Shown: positions 1-11,063 of the stretch, piece by piece | How positions within the stretch are numbered: the stretch's first letter is position 1 | Layout: each line of letters opens with the position of its first letter | NCBI RefSeq assembly: GCF_009914755.1 | Contig: NC_060934.1 | DNA: 64,000 nt | Reading direction: 5' to 3' (one strand) | Origin: the human T2T-CHM13v2.0 reference genome, Homo sapiens | The notes under the pieces: generated by a model | Database searches by the model: none | What the model was told of the DNA's origin: nothing | The model's input: the letters and a program-made list of their open reading frames with translations, nothing else | Program-made: the position numbers and the translations under genes

Positions 1-47
1 GGTCAATGAGAACAAAAGAAGAGGCCTAGAGCACGTTTAATAAATGC

Positions 48-175
48 GGCTGGGCATGGTGGCTCACACCTGGAATTCCAGCACCTGGGGAGGCCAAGAC
101 AAGTAGACTGCTTGAGCCCAGGAGTTCAAGACCAACCTAAGCAACATGGCGAGTAAAACAACAAAATATATATAT
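48..175 (+). mobile_element. FLAM/Alu left monomer
   Basis: GGCTGGGCATGGTGGCTCACACC...GAGTTCAAGACC followed by an A/TA-rich tail. Confidence 0.85.
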
Positions 176-531
176 AAATAATGAATGCTGCAGACTGAGG
201 GACCAAGTTGATCAGAGAAACGTAACAGAATTATTAAGCAATGTCAGAGACATGTTTTAAGAAGGATGAATTTTAATGATATTTAATTTGCCATTTGTTG
301 CAACCTTCTCCAGCATGGCTCAGCTGCCCATATACAGGTGACAGTACAGAGGGCGTAAGAGTCTTACAAGATAAATGGCATAAGTCAGTCATGGAATTTA
401 TTTACAAGATTGTTATGAGAAGAGGTGAAGTAAGAAAAACCGCTCGACTGTGAGAGAATAAAGTTCTCAGTGGATTCTGAGATAAATGTTCTCTCACTCC
501 ATAGCATTTATCATTTATTTACTTTTAATTC

Positions 532-653
532 TTTTTTTTTTTTTTTAAAGAAGATGTGGTCTCGCCATTTTGCCCAGGCTGGTCTCAAACTCTTGAGCTC
601 AGGCAATCTGCTTGCCTTAGCTTCCCAAAGTGCTGGGATTCCAGGTGCGAGCC
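532..653 (-). mobile_element. FLAM/Alu left monomer, 5'-truncated
   Basis: T-run then GCCCAGGCTGGTCTCAAACTC...CCCAAAGTGCTGGGATT. Confidence 0.85.
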
Positions 654-1155
654 TGACTGGGAGACAATGAAGTTCTCAGTGGATTCATGTGGATGAGATT
701 AAAGAACAGTCATTGCAGGAGTAGTTGAACAAGTAGGCTGGAAGACAAGGAGCCTGAGATGCGAAGTAGAATGCTTGAAATTAATGACTGTAGAGGTGGA
801 GCAGTTTCAGATGATAGAGAGCACATATCACTGAGTTGGGGTGGGTGCACAGAAGAGGAATCCATTGGAAATTTAAATTATTAGCAGTAAGAAGTTGGAA
901 TGTTGGAAGGGCCATTCACACGTTGGATTCACTCAGGATAGCTATGGTGTTTGGATGGAAAAGAATGACTGCAAATCAATGGGCAGAGTCTCAGATGACT
1001 GAGTGAGAGTAGGGGTTGGTGCATGACAGTGACCGAGGAAGAGAGGGTGGTGGGGTAAACCATCAGGAGTTCCAAAGTGGCAGGACTTTTTTTTTGTTTC
1101 CTTTCTTACTAAACAGAGTGGTCAGGAGAAGAAACCAACAAGAAATGTAACCTAC

Positions 1156-1361
1156 CTCCAGAACTCAGGAACTCAGGTACCCTTAAGGATATCAGAAACA
1201 ATGAAATATGGATTGGCAGAAGCATCTTCACCACCATCTTCAGATGTAATTAATGCAGCTGTTGAATTTGGTTGACTATCCACCTATAATTACCACATTG
1301 CCCATTACAGATTTTTGCTGCCTTTTCTTGCCTCCTTTTCATTTTTACATCCACTTATTCC
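1156..1361 (-). ncRNA. candidate non-coding exon (206 nt)
   Basis: Acceptor CTGATTATCTGTCATTTCTGTAG and donor GAG|GTAGGT; stops in all three frames. Confidence 0.25.
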
Positions 1362-2231
1362 CTACAGAAATGACAGATAATCAGCATTTTTGTTTTCTTG
1401 TTATGTTGTCCTGATAGTACAGCTACAAATGGATTTGATGTGCTGAATAATGGTCTACTAGGCCTAAAAATGAAAGTCTAGACCCTTAGTCAAAAATAAC
1501 TTGGATCTATGTGGTACCAAGAAAAGAGGAATTATAAGAAAAAGAATATTAGTTTAATGTTCTGTAAATTTTTTTCTTAACCTATTCTGTCCAGTATTTA
1601 CTACTTGGCTGCATTCCTAAAACATAAATTTCACAGGGGCAGGAGTCTTTGTCCATTTTGCTCATTAATGTGTTAGGAATACTAAAAAGAGTGTCTAGCG
1701 GGGTAGTCACATAATAAATACCTGTTGCATGAACAAATGGGCTCTTATCGGCAGCATTTTGTTGAGTTCCTAACATTAGCGGTACACTGGCACTGTCCTG
1801 AGTGAAATTAAAGACAGAATTTTCACAAATAGAAGCATGTTAGAAGAATCACCTAACAATAAGACAATCTACACTCTATGAAAGCAGAACACAACCCACC
1901 AGAGGGAATGAGAAAAAGGAAGGGGTGGAACCCAGCCAAGGAATCTTTTGCCAAGGGGAGAAAAAAAAAAAAAAATAAAGGCCAGAGAAGAAAATGCAGC
2001 AGGTGCGCACAGGTTTGACACCTGGTCGACCACAGTATCTCCCAAAGTGCCACATTCCAATAGGCTTTTGGAGAACCATGGTCAAATACATCTGTGAAAT
2101 GATCATCTAACCAAAGTTTAAAACGTCCCTTTTTACTACACCACTTTTTGACCCTTTGCCAAAGGGTTTTGTAACTTTCCAACAGGGGTCGTTGATGACA
2201 GAATTATATGTATATATGTATGTCTGTGTAG

Positions 2232-2611
<380 letters not shown>

Positions 2612-3670
2612 TAAGAGGGTGCTGAGGCTAGACCTCAGCTGCACTGAATGGCTGGCAGCTCTGAAGCTGGAATATGTCTCTGGGTCACTTTCTTCTGGGT
2701 CATCTTAACTGACAAGTGCATGGAAAATGCTTAAGTGTCTACTCCCATTGATCTCAGAGCAGAAGAATGACACAAGCTTCAAGCAGGTTTGTCAAGGATT
2801 GCAATTATTATGGGCAGGTGCTTCTCTGCAAATATTATATTCATGAATGTTATGGGATTCTTCCAGGAGAGCCTAGCTACAGGGAGTTGCAGGGATGTGG
2901 AAACTCAAAGAAAGAAGACATGATATAGAGAACTCTGGAGGAGACAAGCAGACCCCAGCAAAATGGCCATGGGTTAGGGTTATGAAGAAAAAATAACCGA
3001 CAACAAGCCTAAGCAATGGGAGAGGTCAAGGAATTTTAAGATCAGAAAATTTTAATTATAAGAGCAGATATCAAGTTTTAAACTTTACTCTCCTTTGTGG
3101 TAATTTCTGGAAGTGAGTATCTCTTCTTAGTTAAGTTTGTGAAAGATGACAGCTTTCAGATACCCATGGCTGATAATCTTGGAAAGAAAACCAACTGATA
3201 GACAAAGAACCTGGTTCCCCCCAACCATCATACTTGTAACACTAACTTGCCTGTGTCATTGAGGTGATGTAATGAGGGGAAATCTAAGGGTACTCTGAAT
3301 CACCCCCAAAACCACAGGCGGATTTTCTCTAGGAACTTCTCTTGCATTGTTAGCTAGATTCCTCTGTAAGGATTAAGTAAGTATAAACACCTACATGGCA
3401 CTAAAGCATAAATAATCTGTCAACAATTTAGGCAAACAATGAGATAAAGTGCATGGCACTTTGGGCAGAACTACTGATGATTAAAAGAGAATGTACCTGA
3501 ATAAAATTTACACCAATACCAGCTAATGCAACAGGTTGCAAAAATTTGTTAAATTTCTCATCCCAGCCTCAAAGAAATAACTAAAAATAAAAGGAAATTC
3601 AAAAGAAAAAATGGTATTAAAATTCAGAGAACAAAATGATTTCTTATCACTTGTAGATGACCTTTCTAAA

Positions 3671-3807
3671 ATTTTTTATTTTTATTTTTGTAGAGAAAGG
3701 ATCTTGCTGTGTTGCCCAACCTGGTCTCAACCCCCTGGCCTCAAGTGATCCTTCTGCCTCAGCTTCCTGAGTCAGTAGGGTTAGGAGCATAAGCCACTGC
3801 ACCTGTC
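3671..3807 (-). mobile_element. FLAM/AluJ left monomer
   Basis: Diverged reverse-complement Alu left arm. Confidence 0.8.
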
Positions 3808-3819
3808 TCATGTAACCTC

Positions 3820-4120
3820 TCTTAGTGCAGAGATTTTCTTTGTTGGTTGCTATATATACCAGCACCCATATTAATACCTGCCCAGAGTAGGTGATCAATA
3901 ATTATTAGTTGAATGAATGAAGGTGAAATAATTACTGAGCATCTGCTACATATTAGGAGCTGCATAAATCACAGTGCCTATTGAAAGGTTGCTATTATCC
4001 CTGTTTTGCAGATGAGGAAACGTGACTTACAGAAGTAACTTTCCTAAATTCAAAAAACTGGTAGGTGGCAGAGACAAATCCAGAATCCAGGTATGACCTA
4101 AATGCTCATGCTCTTTCCAC
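3820..4120. mobile_element. L2 3' end followed by MIR
   Basis: GTAGGTGATCAATAATTATTAGTTGAATGAATGAA (L2 tail); ATTATCCCTGTTTTGCAGATGAGGAAAC (MIR core). Confidence 0.65.
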
Positions 4121-4129
4121 CTCATTCCT

Positions 4130-4540
4130 GTCAGACCCAATATATTTTCTATAATAAATATTTTAATGTGTCCTTTACTGTCGTGAAATCAATTCAGAGA
4201 ACATATCTTTGCATACGTAAGTTCAGAAAAATCAATGCAGTGTCCTCACTGTAAAACGAAATATAAAAGGAATGTAACTTAAGACAATGAATACACAGGT
4301 ATGATCACAGCAGAAGACAATGAAACAGATCCTTGCCCTCATCCATAGAATTATCCTGACTGTAGATCTGCAAATGCAGAATGATAGAAGTGATAGGTAT
4401 TGGATATTCAAATACCTGAGTGCACTGCCATTGACTTGGTAACATTCCAAACAAAACAATATGCAATTTTCTCCACGTATGCGGTAGTTGAACTTCTGGA
4501 AAAGTCACTGTATATTAAAATTATGTAAAAATACTGGACA
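4130..4540. mobile_element. ancient hAT-type DNA transposon remnant (MER113-like)
   Basis: Resemblance to recalled consensus (CAGACCCAAT...AAATATTTT...CCTTTACT...TGAAAT); family uncertain. Confidence 0.35.
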
Positions 4541-4566
4541 CAGAATACTACTTTAAAAAAAAAAAT

Positions 4567-4685
4567 ACAGATGAGGTCTCACCATGTTGGCCAAGCTGGT
4601 CTTGAACTCCTGGGCTCAAGCGCTCCTTCCACCTTGGCTTCCGAAAGTGCTGGGATTACAGGCACGAGCCACTACGTGCCTGGCC
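4567..4685 (-). mobile_element. FLAM
   Basis: Alu left monomer; ACAGAATACT repeated on both flanks. Confidence 0.85.
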
Positions 4686-4857
4686 ACAGAATACTTCTTC
4701 GTTGAACAGAACTAGCTCCTACCCACTGAACACCAGAAGTGCCTGCTAGTCTAGTGAACAAAAAAACTTCACACATTTTTAAAATTCCACAGAGGACACA
4801 GTGCCACCTTATGCCTCACTGGTCTTCAAGAACAGTAAGAGGCCAAAGGAAGAGACT

Positions 4858-5423
4858 AACTTTTTTATTTGTACAAACTTACAAGGTACATGAGAAACTG
4901 TGTAATATGTCTATAATGCGTAATGACCAAGCCGTGGTATTTAGGGTGTCCAACACCCAAGTACACTACATTTTTGTTAAGCATAGTCATCCCACTCTGC
5001 TACTGAACGGTGAATGTTTTCCTTCTATCTTACTGTATGTTTGTACCCTTTAACAAGCTTCTCTTCATCCTCCACCTCCTCCCCACCCACCTTTCTCAGT
5101 CTCTCTCTCCACTCTCTACCTAATTCTCTCTATCAAATTCTTTAGCTGCCACATATAATTGAGAACAGGCAATATTTGTCTTTCTGCACCTGGCTGATTT
5201 CACTTAAGATAATGACTTCCAACTCCATCTATGTCGCTGCAAATGACATGATTTCATTCTTGTTTTATGGCTGAATATTACTCCATTGTGTATGTATGTG
5301 TATATATGTGTGTATTTATGTGTATATATATATACACACACATATACATACATATATACATACACACATACACATACATACATATATACATACACACATA
5401 CACATACATACATATATACATAC

Positions 5424-5456
<33 letters not shown>

Positions 5457-5716
5457 TATATATATCACATTTTATCAGTTCATCCATTCATGAACACTTA
5501 GGTTGATTCCATATCTTGTCTATTGTGAATAGTACTGCAATAAACATGTGAGGTTGGGTATCCTTTGATACACTGATTTCTTTTCTTTTGCGTAGATAGC
5601 CAATAATGGGATTGCTGGATGGGATGGTGATTCTACTTTTAGTTTTTTGAGAAATCTTCAGACTGTTTTTCCTTTGTGGCTGGACTCACTGTATATACGA
5701 GTTCCCTTTTCTCTGC
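4858..5716 (-). mobile_element. L1MA 3' fragment
   Basis: Reverse-complement L1 3'UTR/ORF2 end (GGCTGAATATTACTCCATTGTG; CACTTAGGTTGATTCCATATCTTG). Confidence 0.9.
5287..5467. repeat. compound (TG)/(TA)/(CA) microsatellite with 30-bp higher-order unit
   Basis: CACATACATACATATATACATACACACATA repeated about 3.5 times. Confidence 0.95.
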
Positions 5717-6018
5717 AAAAAGTAAACTTTAATTAAAACTGCTCATCTAGGGTTGAGAGATCAGCAAAGACTCCATAGTGAAGGCAAAACATAAGCTGAA
5801 GCTTATAAACTCGGGATGACGTCTCCAGGCCAGAAACCTTAGAGCACTTTCAGACGGACCTCCTCACACACCCAATCCTGCTGACGGAGAACTAGAATAC
5901 AGTAGAAACTTTCAGTTACATTTCCCCCACACTGTCCTCTTGGTGTGGGGGAAATGTAATTAATGATGTGAATCAACTTTAACGACCTCAGCAGGAACTA
6001 GGGAAGCCAGGTACTTAC

Positions 6019-6162
6019 CCCAGAGCTCTATAAGGATTTTAGCAAGTGTATCCCACAAAACTGGGTCGTTTGTGGTGGCGGTGGTGGTTGTTTTAAGCCT
6101 CCTTATGAGCCTATTCTGTGATAGGGTTCCTTGGTAACATTTTGAGCACTGGGTGTATTAGG
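6019..6162 (-). ncRNA. candidate non-coding exon (144 nt)
   Basis: Acceptor ATCATTTTTCTTCTGAATCTGTAG and donor GGG|GTAAGT; stops in all three frames; no transcript evidence available. Confidence 0.3.
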
Positions 6163-6874
6163 CTACAGATTCAGAAGAAAAATGATGCTAACAGTGTGGT
6201 CTGTGGTTTTTCTCTGGGAGCTAGACTGTGTGCCTCTGATATTTCTGGATCACAGTTTTGATTGTCTGATACCTTGGGCGATCTTAATCATGATGCTATG
6301 CTTCATAAATGTCTCTGTTTGATTTGAAGTCTCATCTACTCTACTGAATCAACATTGCCCTGCATTTGTGCCTGCATGTGTTGGTGATGCTGTTCAAGCA
6401 TCTGTCCAAATTAGTGCACTTAGCTTCATTTCCTTCCTTGGGGGAATCCTGTAATTTTTCTTACTATAGAGTTTATTAAGAGGCCTTAATTGTTTATATT
6501 CCCTGTTGCGAATGAGTCCCTTGGAGCTGTTAACAAATGACTCATAATAAGTTTGACTAGATGATCTCTAAACTTCCCTCCCAGTTCCAACATTCTATGA
6601 TTTTATAAGTGGAACATTAATTTCTCTCATTTGTAGAGAACTTAAATGTCACAGGCAGATATTGAGAACATAAAGTGGATCTTGGTGAACCATCACATAC
6701 TTGTACGTGCTGAATACAAGACACAGTGGGAAGGGTGTTTAGGGACAAAGAAATTGCTCCAGGGCTTCTGGTGATTAGACTTGGGTGGGATTTGAAAAGA
6801 CGCTACAAAAAGTAGATTTGTCTTTTTAAGTGTTTGGTCCAGGGAAGAACATCATCTATTGGAAAAGAGGCTTA

Positions 6875-7535
<661 letters not shown>

Positions 7536-9166
7536 GGCGGGATGATACAGAAAAGGAAAAGAATGTATAAGTAGTAGACACTGACAATTACATTCTACAA
7601 TTAAGATTTCTGGGGAGTCTAGGTAATTTTAACCTTTGGAGAAAAAAAAAAGAACCTGAGATTCTTTCCAAGGCCCTCACAGTAAGCTGGCTGCCAGTAA
7701 GTCCATCATAGACCCTAATACCGCCATCTTGGGTCTGAAGAAGATGATCTATGAAAGAGCGTGCATGTTTGAAGCAATGCACCGTAGTTTCACAATATTG
7801 CCATTTTCTATTTTTGTGAAACATGTATTCTGACTTGTTACTTTAAGTTTTGTTATGGAAATATAAAACTCTGTGTACCTTTTTGTCTTATAAAAATATA
7901 TATCACCATTTTCACAGGTCTACCCTCATTTCTCTCTTTTTTTTTTTTTTTTAGCAAATTCTCCCAGATTGTGATACCTCATTTCTGAGGACTTCATCTT
8001 TACCAAATCTTTCAATCCAAAGCAAACGAATACTGAAAATTCATGTATCCAAAGCAAATGAATACTGAACATTCACGTTGAGATGATCTTTAAATGTAAT
8101 TAAATAGAGATAATGTAACTAAAATTAGAGTCCTCTTCTCTAGCTCATCTTTACTAATCTGTACTGGATTTCTCTATCTTCTTCATTTCTGGCTTCATTT
8201 CCAGTTTCTTCTTTCCTATATTCATCTTCAGTCCTGTCTATTTCTATTTCATTTCTCTAAATGAACATTGGTCCATTCTGTTTCATGCTTTTTCATTCAC
8301 CTCAGAAAATCTCCTTTTCCATTCCCGGATGACTTCCATACACGTTCAGTTCGAGGAGGTTTGTATTGTTGCCTGTCTCACTGCACTTCCATTTCAGGAC
8401 TGGCCACGTCTCTTCTGTGTTCTTTTGTGCCACACAACTTTACTCAGGGAGTTGTTTTTTATTACTTCGATTTATTCTATTGTTTTCTTTTCAGTAACCC
8501 TTCTCTCTTATCCTTTTCCCTCACAGATACACAGACACACACATCACAACCACCGCCACTACCATGCTCCTCACTGCCAGTCCCTTCGTCTCTCAATTCC
8601 ATTCATTATCCTAAAATAGAATATGTAAATCCCTCATTCTTACTCCAATTAACTTCTATCTCTCCTCCTGCCTCCTAATTCAACCCCATAACTCTTATAC
8701 ATCCATCTATTCTCCTCCTTTTCTTCTGTCAGGAGATCATTTCAGTAATGTTTATGAGAACAGATTACTTATTTACCACTTCAGTGAAAACAAAACCCCC
8801 CAAACCACAATTCAAATATTAAGACAAAAAACTGACTAGAATGTTCTTATTCATTTAGCAAACATGTGCTGCATAGTGTACTGAACTAGCTCCACTTTTT
8901 GAAAGAGAATTATCAGACATGACAATGACCCTCAAGGAATTTTCTCCTTCTTTAAAAATCATAAAATCACAGACTAAATGTGATCGCTCTACAATGTCTG
9001 AAATGGAGGAGCTGACAAGAGGTCTGAGATTTCTATTTAATATGTCCTTTGAAGGTCAAAATATTTCTAACAGAGCAGGCCTCCTATAGCAAATGGGAGT
9101 TTTCATTAAAGATGCAAATATATATCCCAAAATGAAGTCACTGAAGATAGAAAAGAAATGAAGTGA

Positions 9167-9292
9167 GGACAGAGAGCTGGCTCATGCCTGTAAGCCCAGC
9201 ACTTTGGGAAGCCAAGGCAAGAGGATCACTTTAGCCCAGGAGTTCAAGACCAGTCTGGGCAATATAGAGAGATGTTACCTCTATTTTTTAAA
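9167..9292 (+). mobile_element. FLAM
   Basis: Alu left monomer. Confidence 0.8.
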
Positions 9293-9294
9293 AA

Positions 9295-9685
9295 GGAGAG
9301 GAGAGGAGGAGAGGAGAGGAGGGGAGGGGAGGAGAAGAGAGGGGAGGGGAGAGATGGGAAGGGAAAGTGAAGCAAGGAAAGAGAATGAAAGGAAGGGGAA
9401 GAGGGGAAGGAGGAAAGGGGAGAGAAGGGAAGGGAAGGGAATGTGAGGGAAGGAAAGGGAAGGGAAGGGAACGTGAGGGAAGGAAAGGGAAGGGAAGGAA
9501 AGGAGAGGAAGGAAAGAAAGGGAAGGGAACATGAGGGAAGGAAAGGGAAGGGAAGGAAAGGAGAGGAAGGAAAGGAAAAGGAAAGAAAGAGAAGGGAAGA
9601 GAAGGAGAGGAAGGGAAAGGGGAAGAATAGGAAGGAATGGAAGGGAAAGGAAAGGGAAGGGAAGGAGAAGAAGGGAAGGAATATA
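9295..9685. repeat. GA-rich (GGAAG/GGAGA) low-complexity tract
   Basis: About 390 nt almost purely purine on the + strand. Confidence 0.95.
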
Positions 9686-10532
9686 GGTAGGATGCTATGC
9701 ATAGATAATGTAGCTTTTAGGAAAAGAAACAAAAAAAAAAAAACTACAACTACACCTGAGTATTTTAGGATACACCCAGAATATCCTGATAATGAGTACT
9801 GGGACTTTGGACAAAATAGAAGGCTCAGTAATTATAGATGAAGAGGCTTTCAGTAACCCTATTTGCTGGAGCCAGAGAAGCTAGTTTCTATCTCTTCAAT
9901 GCTACTCCGCCCAAGCCTCAGAGGCTCTTCCAAAAAGAAAGTATATCCACCATGATTAGCTTCTAGGGAGCCACTGTGACCGTGGGCTCTCAGAACTGAA
10001 AATAACTCAGCATTACACCTTTCCTTCTTCCTACGTGACAACCCATGCACAAACTGAAGTTTTATTCGTGAACTAGTTTCTGGAGAAGCAGCTGACATAA
10101 TTACTCACAGATTATTCACAGGATAAAACTTCTCGGTGCTTCAAAAGGATTCTTGATACACTCATTCGACTGAACACAGTTACACTTCATACCTGGCATG
10201 GAAATCTGGCAAACTGAAAATTGGCTGTAAAAAGGATATTTCCAGTGAAACACAGAGCAAACCCTGCAGAGACTAACTTTCCTTCCCCAGAATTCCCATG
10301 GCTCTGGATCTCACCCACTTAATTTTTGTTGCTGTGACTGAAAATTTACTTCACCAAACTATCAACTGTAATAGTAAGATTCTTGCAGTATAAAGGGATC
10401 AGCGAGCAGAAGTATTCATCTGTTTACATTCTTCCATTGCAATTGACAAAATAAGAAAAAAAGGACTCTATAAAAGAATCTGCAATATCAAAAAATTAGA
10501 ACATTGCACTAAATGAAAAGAAAAAAACACAC

Positions 10533-10907
10533 TGTGTTAGTTCATTCTCACACTGCTATAAAGACATACCGAGGACTGGACAGTTTATAAAGGAAAGAGG
10601 TTTAATTGACTCACAGTTCCACATGGCTGGGGAAGCCTCAGAAAACTTACAATCATGACAGAAGGTGAAGGGGAAGGAAGGCACCTTTTTCGCAAGGTGT
10701 CAAGGAGGAGAATGAATACAGGAGGAACTACCAAACACTTATAAAACCATCAGATCTCATGAGAACTCACTATCGCGAGAACAGCATGGGGGAAATGGCC
10801 CCCATGATCCAATTACCTCCTCTTGGTCTCTCCCTTGACCTGTGGGGATTATGGGGATCGTAATTCAAGATCAGATTTGGGTGGGGGCGCAAAGCCTGCC
10901 CATATTG
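10533..10907 (-). mobile_element. MaLR solo LTR (MSTA/THE1D-like)
   Basis: TGTGTTAGTTCATTCTCACACTGCTATAAAGACATACC...GATTTGGGTGGGG. Confidence 0.9.
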
Positions 10908-10931
10908 CAAACATTTAAAATAGATTTCTGT

Positions 10932-11063
10932 GACTGGGTGCAGCGGCTCACGCCTGCAATCCCAGCACTTTGGGAGGCTGAGGCAGGAGGATTTCTTCAG
11001 GCAAGCAGTTTGAGACCAACATGGACAACATAGCAAGACCCCACCTCTGCAAGAAAAGAAAAG
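10932..11063 (+). mobile_element. FLAM
   Basis: Alu left monomer. Confidence 0.8.

Noticed and set aside
1897-1910. CTCF-like CCACCAGAGGGAAT
   Set aside because: Lacks the conserved 3' C(A/G)C end of the core motif
9244-9841. 162-aa and 132-aa ORFs
   Set aside because: Artefacts of a stop-free GA-rich tract
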